NCBI GenBank assembly: GCA_026770705.1 | Contig: JANJGN010000038.1 | Location: 2,914,001-2,978,000 of the forward strand | Source: Isurus oxyrinchus | Taxonomy: Eukaryota | Length of the DNA: 64,000 nucleotides | Direction: 5' to 3' | Shown here: piece after piece, positions 12,701 through 24,134 of the stretch | Numbering within the stretch: position 1 is the stretch's first letter | Layout of the letters: the number at the start of each line of letters is the position of its first letter | Program-made: the position numbers and the translations under genes | The notes under the pieces: generated by a model | What the model was told of the DNA's origin: nothing | What the model saw: the letters and a program-made list of their open reading frames with translations, nothing else | Database searches by the model: none

Positions 12701-15563
12701 GATTTTCCATTCAGTTCTGCCTTAATGTCGTTTACAGGAATTAGCATTAAATAAAAGGCTGTTTTTATTCCTAGAGTCCTCTCTCCATATTGGATCTTTT
12801 GGGCTCTCTCACTGCGATATGAAAACAGTACATTGCTGTCGTGTCATTCGTTGCCACAAAACGTTCCTTGGCTAACCACTAAGAATAAGAAACTAGTTAC
12901 ACAGCGGCACAAGACAAATGGGTAGATACGATTCGAAAATGGATGAAGAATGAGATTTACTTCGGGAAGATAAAAAAAAACACAGGGGTAAACACGGGGT
13001 TTGTCTCGACTGAAAATAAAATACTTTCATAGAGATTGAATGTTAGAAGGGCATAGTGTGGAGGAGTTCAAATATGAGAACGTTAAGTTGAAATTGGAAA
13101 AAAAAACTAAAAAGAACTGCAAATGGTAATTGATGGCACATAGCCTAAAATAGTGATAACAGGCAAAGAGCAGATGATTTGTCGAGAAACGTCCAACTAT
13201 CTTCGGACTGAACCTGTGCCAGACACATGGAGTGTTAGCAATGCAGTTTAATTATTTGAGCAGTGGTAAAGGAATACACAGGATACGGGTGGAGCAAATA
13301 ATGCTAAGTCATGTTCTGGAGTCATAAATCTGAAGGAAATTACCGCTATTCATGGGCCTGAATGTGTTGGAGTGAAATGTGCAAACAAACGTTCTTCAGA
13401 CATGTCGGGGAGATAACATGGGTAAAGTTGAGACGGTTTGTATAGGAGATTAGATAGGCAGCCGAAAAAATGGAAAATACAAAGAAAAATAAAATGCATC
13501 ACAAATTACATTTAACGACAATGTACAAAACTGGGTAAAAATTGATATATGTCTGCAAAAATAAAAGAAGGACGGCTGAAATGGGGTTGAGGAAGTGAAA
13601 AAATTAATCAGCTGCATAATTCTCGTCAATGCAAGTCTTAAATTCACAATCCTTTGCCAAGTTGAAAAAACTATATAAAATGATTTCCCTCTGATGTTGG
13701 GAATGTGAATATTATTGAAGTATATACCAAAACCAAAGTTTTACCTGCTGATTTGTCAGTAAAGGCAAGGAATGATATTAAGCCACAAAACCTCCTGTTC
13801 CAATTTCAGGGAACTGCGTTTAGCGTTTGATATTCCTCGTTACACTCTCCGACAAAGGTTTCAGAACATTTTTATGTCAATAAATTAATGCTTGCTTAAA
13901 TGCGCGGACAGACTAAGCGGTTGGTCCTGTAACAGCTCAAGTGAAAGGTGATAGTTTTAACATGGTTTAAATTGGGGAGCATGAGTTGCAGAGAGAAAGA
14001 ATTCTATGGATGGAACAACCTGTATGACACCAGGTAATAGAAGCAATACCAGTTTACCGCTGCACATTTTATTTTTCAGCTTTCATAGAATGTTACACTT
14101 TTCAATTAATGACTGTTCCATCTCTGCAGCGATTCCCTTCAACTTCAGCAATGCTCCTATTCCAGTCTGCATTTCACCTTTCCTTTTCTGTCTTAACGGT
14201 CTAAAAGTTCATCTTTGCCGATGCGCAAACCAGGCAGAAGCGGATCGGCAGCTATTATGCGCAGCGCCTGATGTAACGCCCATTGCAATCAGTGAAACAT
14301 AATATCAGACGCTACTTTAAACAGGCGGCCGAGCCAAAACCGCTCCTTTTTACACTACCATCAGAGATTTCAAGGCCGCATATCCCAAATTACTAAATTT
14401 ATTCTTCAAATAAAATAAGGCAGTGAACGGTATAACATACCAAGTGTGAGAAAAGACCACCATACTCAATGAAGCTTTGAATATAGGGGAGCGGAGCTCT
14501 TACTTTATTCCATGCTTAGAATTTAAAAGAGAATATAATTTGAACATTGTAACCCGCTGTTATTTCAAAGCTCTCTGCTGTTCATCCGAATCATACACAG
14601 AGAGAGCTACTATCAGCTAAAGTACCGATCTGGGAGACTGGCTTCCATGGAAACATAATTCCCATAGAATTGCAGTCCAGGGGTGAAATTAGTTGTCGTT
14701 GGTAATACAACACCAACTGATAGCGAATCGGGAGTCAGTGTTTCACCTTATACGGTCTACTTTCCACTGAGTTTCACAGAATCACATTTCAATCTCTTTT
14801 AGGAAACTCGACTGGTTTCACTGCCGTTTTTCCTTCATGAGAAATTAAAACCATGATATTGTAGTGCACGTCAATCGAGAAGGGGAAAGCCAGCACTTGT
14901 AAAATAGGTTTCGGAATCTCTAATGCACCTTTAACGCCACTGGGACAAACCAGTGTCATGTCCAGTCAGTCACTTTCTCGGTCACTGACTTATGCCCTTA
15001 AGTCAAAAGTCTCGAATCCACAGGTGCGAATGGACAACAGATTTTCAGCGAGTATGCCGATATTAACATAACTCTTTGTCATAGAGAATGATAAAGGTTT
15101 TAGAGGGAGTAATAAATCGTAAGCTGTGTTTTATAAAATGAAAGGACGCATTATTTGCTTCCCGAAGTCATTCCTCACTGCAAATTTGCATTAATTATTC
15201 GGATTAGAAATGTTGTCTCTCTAATTTATGAAGGAACAGATCAGTAAGGTGGAACTTTGCAAATTTGGTTCCGTTTTAAGTATTTTAAAAAATCACCTTC
15301 TTTCTTAATAACTATCTTAAGTGTTATGTGACAGATAAGTTATATACCTAAAACCAATTTCACTGTTTTCTCGAATAAAATACCTTTTGAAATAACAAAG
15401 CCCTAAGTCCGATCTAAGTTGACCGACAGTCAATCTAATCAGGTCCTGGAAAGGAGCTGCGAACATCACAAACCTGCTTCAGCCGATTTGAAGGAGAACA
15501 TTGATTATTCTTATCCTGTATGCACAAAATCCTAGTGACAAAGTAGAAAGAAAGGTCACTTAC

Positions 15564-15613
15564 CAGAGTTCACAGTCAGCACCGTGCCAGCCCCATATTG
15601 GTAACAATTTGTA
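15564..15613 (-). CDS. IgNAR: IgNAR J segment, TNCYQYGAGTVLTVNS(G)
   Basis: YGAGTVLTVN FR4 motif, phase-1 donor G|GTAAGT at 15563, preceded by a 23-RSS. Confidence 0.96.
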
Positions 15614-15652
15614 CACAGTCATTCAGCTCCCAGTCAGCCTAGCACAAAAAGT
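15614..15652 (+). other. J 5' recombination signal sequence (23-bp spacer)
   Basis: CACAGTC (15614-20) + 23 nt + ACAAAAAGT (15644-52). Confidence 0.94.
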
Positions 15653-15967
15653 GTCAACGAAGAATAATATGGTAATAAATATCCCAAAGCAAGACGGATC
15701 CAAGAATATTTTGCATACTTTTTATTCCTTAATAAATCTTTATTTTTTGTCAGTTTCTCTTCATGCCGATAGTTCTCATGAGCAATGTGAATTTTTGTAA
15801 CATTGAAAAAGACAATCCAGTGTTTCAATGTTACTGGGAATGCGGATAGATTCCAACCAAAAGCCGATCAGGAAGTGATTTCAACCTCTGTGCAGCAAGA
15901 GATCAAGTGTAAGAAAGTAGATTATTCAACCACATTCATGAGCAGTAAAATAAATAACTGTCAGGGA

Positions 15968-16035
15968 GGTTTGTGCTGTGGCCCGAGTCACTGTGTCACA
16001 GTACCTACACATCAGTTCATCCCAACACAATAAAT
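15968..16035 (-). other. IgNAR D3 segment with 12-RSS on both sides
   Basis: Coding 15996-16007 = TAGGTACTGTGA (RYC / GTV). 3' RSS: CACAGTG (15995-15989), 12 nt, GCACAAACC. 5' RSS has a divergent heptamer CACATCA (16008-14), 12 nt, ACAATAAAT. Confidence 0.85.
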
Positions 16036-16350
16036 CCATTCTCCAAAACTTTACAATAAATCCTTCAGGTATTCAAAAAATGGATTGAAAAATGTAGTAA
16101 ATCGTTGCCTTTATGTTAGGATCCCTTAGATGTCTATAATTCTCACCCACTTGAAAAATCCTGGCGAATGTAAAGTGTTCCATTATGAAGATGACAATTA
16201 TAAAATTTATAAAATAACCACCTAAATAGCTAGAAAAAAGCCTTTAATATACTAGACACTGTCTGACGAAGATAATAAATATTTAGTCATGAGATATCTT
16301 AGCCACTCAGAAAGTGATATCTGTTCGCTTTGCCTTAAGAGGTGTGGGGA

Positions 16351-16436
16351 AGTTTGTGTATTATGCGAAGCCAGGATTCATCACTGTGGCACATCGTCAC
16401 ACCAGTCACACAGTCATAGAGATCAGTGCAAAAAGG
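16351..16436 (-). other. IgNAR D2 segment with 12-RSS (5') and 22-RSS (3')
   Basis: Coding 16389-16408 = TGACTGGTGTGACGATGTGC (DWCDDV / TGVTMC). 5' RSS: CACAGTC, 12 nt, GCAAAAAGG. 3' RSS: CACAGTG, 22 nt, ACACAAACT. Confidence 0.92.
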
Positions 16437-16625
16437 TCGCACGTGCAGTAATCCAAGGCTCTCAGTTTTGATGTAAACAGCAATCTGCATACACAACACA
16501 ACATTGTTCTTTTAAGCCTTTTATAACTAAACCCATCCACATCACCGAGAAGCCAAAAACTTGCTGCTAAACCCGTTGAGATATGATGACTTTGTTCTCA
16601 CTTTTAAAACACAATCTCTGCTGGT

Positions 16626-16708
16626 AGTTTGTGTATTACGGGAACCGTCTTCTCGATTGCTGTGGCAGCTACCGTATGTACACAGTGGTACAGCCCAGTG
16701 CACAAATA
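16626..16708 (-). other. IgNAR D1 segment with 12-RSS (5') and 23-RSS (3')
   Basis: Coding 16665-16680 = TACATACGGTAGCTGC (TYGSC / HTVA). 5' RSS on + strand: CACAGTG 16681-87, 12 nt, GCACAAATA. 3' RSS: CACAGCA, 23 nt, ACACAAACT. Confidence 0.92.
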
Positions 16709-16898
16709 GGTTCACATGCGGGGCTGTACATTGAACAACCGCACTTCAAATCCTCATTCTCACTGCGGAGATTTCTGATCTTGAAAATATCACCAGTTAT
16801 TTACACAACTCCGCCGGTCTCAGATGGGAATCTGTGACTGCAACGTTTGAGCGAAAAAACGAAGCAGTTCCTATTTTAATCACCAGAAGATCCGAGGG

Positions 16899-16936
16899 TG
16901 TTCTTGTATGAGCAGAAGTTCAAACTCATTACTGTG
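16899..16936 (-). other. V 3' recombination signal sequence (22-bp spacer, 23-class)
   Basis: CACAGTA (16936-16930) + 22 nt + ACAAGAACA (16907-16899). Confidence 0.93.
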
Positions 16937-17208
16937 AGTTTCAGCTTTGCAGTAAAACGTGACACTGTCTTCAACTGTCAGGTCATTGATTCGCAGGGAA
17001 AATGATTTGCTTCCCTTGTTGACTGATTCAACATATCGGCCGCCAGTGGTTATCTGTTCCCAATCTGTTGATCCCGGGTTTTTCCGGAACCATGATGTAG
17101 AGTGCAAGCTACAGCTAGTATCCTTTAGGACGCAGTTGATTGTCAGGGAATCGCCTGTCTCTTTCGTTGCCGTTCTTGGTGTTTGGTCCACTCTAGCACT
17201 GAAGGTAC
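16937..17208 (-). CDS. IgNAR: IgNAR variable segment (VNAR), germline, type II-like
   Basis: Acceptor ttctccattcAG at 17210-17209. Protein [87 protein letters not shown] has the canonical Cys/Trp/YxC, no CDR2, an extra Cys in CDR1 and no FR2 Cys. It is followed directly by an RSS. Confidence 0.97.
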
Positions 17209-17350
17209 CTGAATGGAGAAAATATATTAAATAACTTGCGGGTCTGAAACAATGAAAACATTTAAAGGCAAAGGCAAATTACACAATACGGGCGCAGCCA
17301 CACTAATTTATCCAGTTACTGTACATTCTTTTTTAACGAACAGCACTTAC

Positions 17351-17393
17351 TTGGTAACCAGGTTAAAAGGAGCGAAAGGCAGAAAATATTCAT
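17351..17393 (-). CDS. IgNAR: IgNAR leader (signal peptide) exon, MNIFCLSLLLTWLP(S)
   Basis: ATG at 17393-17391. The 43-nt exon ends in phase 1 at donor GTAAGT and splices in frame to the V exon, giving [25 protein letters not shown], a typical IgNAR leader. Confidence 0.95.
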
Positions 17394-17486
17394 TGTTTCT
17401 TCACCAGTGTGGAAAACATAAGCAGAACGAATTCTAGACCTCAACATCAACTGTTCTGTGTAACGGTGTGTAGCAGAACACCGACC

Positions 17487-17526
17487 TTATAAACATCAAG
17501 AGGATGGGCGGATTTGCATAGGGCGG
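17487..17526 (-). promoter_or_regulatory. VNAR promoter: octamer flanked by two GC boxes, then TATA
   Basis: ATGCAAAT on the sense strand (17519-17512), GGGCGG at 17506-11 and 17521-26, and TATAA (17491-17487) about 95 bp before the leader ATG. Confidence 0.8.
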
Positions 17527-18559
17527 AGTGATAGACCATTAGCAATGTGCTTAGCTTAGGGTTTGCGATAGGTTAGGTTATGACTTCTATGTCCACAGTC
17601 ACAGTCACACTAGTCGAATCTGCATCCAATTAATGTGGACAGATCGGCTGACTAAAAATGAAGATACTTCACGGTCACCATGTTCAGCTTGTTTCCATAC
17701 ACGCTGATTACTTTTCATACTATTTTGTTTGTTTTAATTGTACTTTCATGGGGTGTGGGCTTCGCTGGCAAGGCCATCATTGGTGAACAATCACTATTTG
17801 TGCTTGTGAAGGTGGCTCCTTGAATCTCAGCAGTCCATCTTATGCAGGTACACACGCACTGCTGTTAGCAACAAATTTACAGGACATTGATTCAGCCACA
17901 GTGACTGCATGGCGATATAGTTTCAAGTCAGGATGTTGTGGGGCTTGAAGGGAAACCTGCCGGTCATAGTGTTATCATGCGTTTGGTGTATATTGTTGTC
18001 TTCAAAATGGTAGATGTGGAATGTTTGGAAGGTGCTTTCGATGGAGACTTGGTGAATCGCTGTAGTTCATCTTGCATATTGTAAACGTACATGTTCAACA
18101 ATTGGCGATGCATTAGTGTTAGATTGATAATGATATCCATGTTTAAATGTCAGCTTTGTGCACTGAATGAAATAAACAGCTCTCACTGAAATAACGTCTA
18201 ATGGAACAGTCATGCCTTTAATGTGACAAATCTATTGACCTACCAGTGATAAACAAAGACCACATTCTTGGTTTTAGCTGTGTTCATGCAAGAAACCTTC
18301 CTTGTTTTCCTTTTTTTTTGCTGTGATATTTCGACTTTTGGTCATGTACAGTTACGCACGCGAAGCTTAAGAAAGCCTTTGACAGGACAGTACTGGAGAA
18401 TTATGGAAAGATTAAGGAAAAGAGCGCAGATCAATTAAAATGCATCACAGCAAGGCCAACAGGGATATCAATATAATCATTGTTGTTGGAAATGGGTAAA
18501 ACTCTAGCACATGATTCTGTTCTCTGGGCATGTTTGTTCACCCCGTAATTCAGTGATAT

Positions 18560-19350
18560 TATTGTGGTCCCCGCTCCAAAATTCCTTTCCTAGCTACTGA
18601 CTCCAACTAATTCCCCGGCAGCAGGATCTGTTCATGGCGGTCTCATTGCAACCTCGATGTCGTATTTGATGCAGCAAAGAGCTTCCGACTTCATAATCAC
18701 ATCATATCTAAGATGCACTATTTCCACCCCCATAACATTACTTGACTTCGCCCCTGTCTCAGCTCACCCTTGGCTCTTTTCTTCGTTACCCCTAGATTCA
18801 ATTATTCCAACGCACTCCTGCCTCCCATATTCTACCCACTGTAAACTTGAAGTCATGTAAAACTCTGCTGCCCTCATTTTATCTCACAGCAAGTCCCACT
18901 CACCCATAATCTCTTTGCTCACAGACTGACATTTACTTCTGGGCAAGCAACCTTTGATTTTAATATTATAATCCTTGTTTTCATAAGCGTCCATAGCCTT
19001 GCCCATTTCTATATCTATAATTTGCTCCAAACACAAAAACCCTACATGAGATCTATGCCTTTATTTCTGGCCTCTTGTACACTCCAAACTTTAATTGCTC
19101 CACAGCTGGTGGCCGTGCCTTCAACTGTCTCGAACACAAACTCTGAGATGCAGTCCTTACAGCTCTCAGCCTCTCTGCCTCGCTTTCTCCATTTAAGGCA
19201 TTCATTAAACTATCTGTTTGACGAAGCTTTTGGCAATCAGACCCAATATCTCCTTATGTGCCTTGGTGTCATTCTTTATTTAATAATTCACACAGGGAAA
19301 CCCCATAGGCCAATGAAAGGCGCTACATTTGATTTTATTAGTTTTGTTGT
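18560..19350 (+). mobile_element. L2-like LINE 3' remnant
   Basis: ctagattcaattattccaacgcactcctg...aaggcgctacattt...ttgttgtt terminal pattern. Confidence 0.6.
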
Positions 19351-21304
19351 TATAGCTGTGAGGAGAGTTTTCCGAATGGTGAACGCAACATAAGAAACAC
19401 TTTTTAATATTTGGAAAACGAAACGGAGTTGGGTAATATGCGGGGAAGTGCTAATAAGTGGCAGGGGACAGTCAATGCCAATAACATTGAGATGATTCCC
19501 TTTGTAAAGAAGGCGCTGGAAATGATACTCTGAAAGAAAATTAGTTCGGTTTTGTGGAAGAGCAGAGAGTTTATGCAATTTTGGCTCTCCAATATGATAT
19601 GGACGTTGAGGCTTTAAATGCCAAACATTTTTTGTTGCCTCATTCATTCACAGGACGCCTCTGGTAAAACTAATATTTATTTACTGTCCCTAATTGCCCT
19701 TTGGAAGTGGTGGTGAGCATCTTTCCTGACAAGAATGACTTACTTGATAATTTTAGAGAGCAGACAAAAGCCAGTTACATGGTTAGGCATTTGGGTTTTT
19801 GTGTATGTGAGACCGAGTGAGAACATAATGGGAATTAGAAAACGAAAGGGCCGTCCTCTAAAAGAATCTGGTAGTTTCATCTCAATATTGCTGACTGTAG
19901 CATTTTATTTGCAGATTTATTAAATTTACTGAATGTTAATTCCCAAGCTGCTGTTTTGGTATTTTTACTCATGTTCCTATACTATTAGGCGAGCCTTGAA
20001 GGTTATTTCTTCTGTAGCTTAATTACTCTGCTGCTATTCTTGATGACTAGAACGATGCCAGTTATGACGATATGTAAATAGGAATAAAAAAACTATAAGC
20101 TTGGTCATTTTTTTAAAGAAAGCTTTCATTAAGAGTAGATAAAGCAAACTGTTTAAAACGTCAACGAATTGGTCAGGGTAGATAGATGGAGCAGGACGTT
20201 ATTAATGGTTAAGTGATCAAGGAGAGGACAATATTAAAATTGAGGGATTTTAAACAGTAATCGAGTGAAACGTCTTCATACAGAAAGTTGTTGGGCTGCG
20301 GGATTTACGAGCAAGTATAATGTTTGATTCATGAGCTATGTGAACCTGTATGATTAGTCTGGAAGGCGTTTGGAGTTGACGCCACTTTCTCATCTCGTAA
20401 ACAGAGCTCAAGGAGCCAGGTGCATTGCCTTTGACAGATAGAAATGTGCATTACCCCCTAAAAAGCACAAAGCCATGTTCATGTGGACTCATTCCTTGAA
20501 AGCAGGAAATAGTACTCTTTTAGCCCTCCAATAGTCGAGCCTATCGGCATTCATGGGAAGAGTAACTGTAAGATCAAAGGTGCAAGTTTCAAAGAATGTG
20601 CTTCCCTCCGGTACCCTTCCCGCAAGGCTTTGTAACTCAAATCGTCATAACTGAACTGCCCTCTCATAATTTTAGATCATTAATATCGACAGGCGGTAAA
20701 TCACCGTCCGGATGTACTTTGATACAAACCTGCCAATAATCTCCCGAACCATCAACATCCCAATGATTTGTGCTTCATAATTGTTAGAACGTGGGCCTTA
20801 TAATTCGATTCACGCAAGCGCAATGCCCATATGATTAACGAATTTCCACGTACTTGGGGTTTGCTGTCCTTAACTTGGTCATATACATAAGCTGGCAATA
20901 TGATAGTGTTAATGGGCATGGATGAAGTTCATATTATGAAAACAGTGTCAGTTTGATAATAACTGATAGGTGAACTATACTATTTCTAATTGCTGGTACC
21001 ATGAGCATTGCAGCTGACGTTAATATTTGCATATTAATGTTGATGGCGTTAGGAAACCAATATTTAGAGCATCGGGAAGCCATTTTCATTCGCAGAGATT
21101 TTAATTGGTTTAATTTAAGCATATGATAACCCAATAATGAAATGGAATGATGGGCATTTAAGGGATCCTAGTATGTCACACTGTTTTCTTCTTGCCCAGT
21201 TTCAATTATTAACCATCTGCTGTATATGTGGCAGCTACAACATATTACATGGAGTGTATTCCGTGCTACATACAGACTGAGGTTGTAATGTAGCTTCCAG
21301 AAGA

Positions 21305-22105
21305 TAAATAGAAACATAGAAAAATAGAAGCAAGGAGCTGGAATAGGCCATTCAGCCCGTCAAGACTGCTCTGCCTTTCATTATGATCATGGTTGATTAT
21401 CCAACTCAATAGCCTGCTTCTGCTTTCTCCTCACACCCTTTGAACCCTTTCGCCCCAGGAGCTATATCTAACTCCTTGAAAGCACACAAATGTTTTGGTC
21501 TCAACTACTTACTGTGGTAACGAATTCCACAGGCTCACCACTCTCTGTGTGAACAAATTTCTCCTCATCTCAGGCCTAAATGGTCCACACCACATCCTCG
21601 GACTGTGACCCCTAGCTCTGGACTCCCCCACCATCGGAAACATTCTTCCTGCATCTACCCTGTCTAGTCCTCTTAGAATTTTATAAGTTTCTATGAGATC
21701 TCCCCTCCTTCTTCTGAACTCCAGTGAATATAATCCTAATCGACTCAACCTCTCCTCAAATGTCTGTCTCGCCATACCAGGATTCATTCGGGCAAATCTT
21801 CGCTGCACTCCTTCTATAGCAAGTACATCCTTACTCAGATAAGGAGACCAAAATTAAACACAATATTCGAGATGTGGTCTCACCAAGGCCCTGTACAATT
21901 GCAGCTATATATCCCTGCTCCTGTACTCGAATCCTCTCGGTATGAAGGCCAACATGCCATTTTCTTTCTTTACCGCCTGCTGCACCTGCATCCTTACCTT
22001 CAGCGACTGGTGTACAAGGATCCCCAGGTATCGTTGCAAATTCCCCACTCTCAATTTATAGCCATTCAGATAATAATCTGCCTTCCTGTTTTTGAAACCA
22101 AAATG
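21305..22105 (-). mobile_element. CR1 LINE 3' end
   Basis: ERLSRLGLYSLEFRRRRGDLIETYKILRGLDRVD...FTQRVVSLWNSLP and an atagaaacatagaaa tail. Confidence 0.9.
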
Positions 22106-22839
22106 GATAATCTCACTGGTTATAGGGAATGTTTTAGCCAGTACAAACGCACAAAGGGCAGCAATGTAGGACGTGTCCTAGAGTTGGTTGAATGAAATGT
22201 ACTGGCACCTGAATCTTAGCTCAAATGCCTGAAGCAAAATGACGATGTGTGATCTCCATTCCCCATTCCCCTGTAACTCCAATTCCACTAAAGCCCATGT
22301 TCCCGATTCTGTCTTCAATAGCGTGAGACTAGAACTTTTCTCCTGACTTTGATGATCGATTATCCCAAACTCCGTTCCTTATTCCTCTCAAAGATTTCGC
22401 ATTGGGTTGACTGAACTTTCCCGTTAAATTAATCAAGCACAGCGGGGACGGGGCATTAAAATGGGACGAGTCACTCAAAAGTCCATTGACTCCGGTGGGA
22501 CCGGAAAATCTCGCCAGCGGGGTGGGCCGAGATTTCCTCCCAAAGTGTCCGGAGTGCATTGTTAAGATTATGGTGAGTCGACAAATTTAGATGCTTTTTT
22601 GACGATGATACCAGTAAGTAGAAACCAGTGTACCTTGCGACATTGGCCATATAGAATTACTGAAACCCTCGAAAAAGGTCGACAGGCACTCAAAAAGAAG
22701 CAAAAAGGACGACCCAAAAAGTTATGATAAATGTTACACATTCGGATTGATTGGATCTGACATGTCGTGGTTCCCCACGTTTGTTATCTGGGTTTTCAAA
22801 TATCTGCCTTATTTATTGAATACATTGGATGAAAGAATA

Positions 22840-24110
22840 TACATTTAAATGTCTAAGACTGCAGAGGGTTGTAAGCATGTGCTCTAGAAAATAGTGCAGC
22901 TGGGGGCACAGCATTGCATAGAGGTATCTGCAGATTAGGAGTTCGGCTGAAGCCGGCAGATGGAGATTAATTTGCATAAGTGCGAGGTCACTTTGCTTTC
23001 ATGCAAGACAAATATATCAAGATGTATTCTACATTCTGATACAACTATATACTGCAGAGGAAGAAGAAAGAGATTTCCAACTACTCATATTTGTTAAAGC
23101 TGTACAGAGATGCAACAGCGAATCAAAAAAAAGGCCAAATGTGCGCTGATTTTTATTGACCATTATTGAAGAGAACATTACAGTACAGTTACTGGATATT
23201 TTGACAAATAGCTCTGTACGGGTGTTCATACTCCACAAAAGCCGCTTTCCAGTTGAAGCTTTCCGCTTCATGTCAATAGATCAAAATATGTTCACGCCTT
23301 CCACTAGCATGTATTCTAGCTTCTCCTAAATTTATTATTAACATTCGTCACGACCACACCATGTAAGAACGGGTGCTGAATTTTTGCTAACCTCTGTGTT
23401 TCCTGAATAAACTTGAAAAAGTGACAATTATTTGAGAAATGAAGTTGAGCACACATAAATGCGAAGGGACACATTTTGGTGGGAATAATGTGGATGTAAC
23501 TTTTAACTTGGAAGATGTAAGTCATAATGGGGTAAATGTGGAATCTAGCATGATCGTGGGGTGTTAGTGCATTGTTCTCTAAAGGCTATATCACAAGTTA
23601 ACAAGACAATAAAAAACCATCATGAATTCTTTATAGAGGGTTAAATTTGAAAAGCAGGAACTTTATGCTTAACCTGTATCGAACCTTGGTTCAACCACAC
23701 TTGGAGTAGTATGTGCAGTTATGCTCTACTTATTATAAAATTAGAGGGTATAGAGGTGCTTAAGAGTGAAAAGAAAATTCACACCGATGTTACCAGAATT
23801 TCGTGGATATACATATCAGGAAGGGCTTAGCAGCCAGCGTCACTTTTCCCTTGATGTAAGGAAGGCTGCATGGTGACATAATAGAGGCCATTATGTTTGC
23901 AAGTTTTGGATAGAATCTATACGAAGGAAATACTTTATTTGTTGTTAAATAACATAACCAGAAGCTATCATCAAAAGAGAGACAACAATTCCGGCCTGTA
24001 ATTCAAAATAAACTTATTCATCAAAGGAGTGATGAAAATTCAGAACTCGCTACCACAAGCTGAATCGAATAGTAAAGGATTAATTAAGGGGAGCCTAAAC
24101 AATCCACATA
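22840..24110 (+). mobile_element. Degenerate CR1 fragments
   Basis: Decayed RT-region sequence (agatggagattaatttgcataagtgcgaggtca; aaccttggttcaaccacacttggagta). Confidence 0.55.
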
Positions 24111-24134
24111 ACGGGAGAAAAAATGAAAATGTTG

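Noticed and set aside
15571-15577. Heptamer CACAGTC inside J
   Set aside because: No convincing nonamer at 12 or 23 nt, and it is explained by the Leu-Thr-Val codons.
17594-17606. Tandem CACAGTC upstream of the promoter as an extra RSS
   Set aside because: No A-rich nonamer at either spacing.
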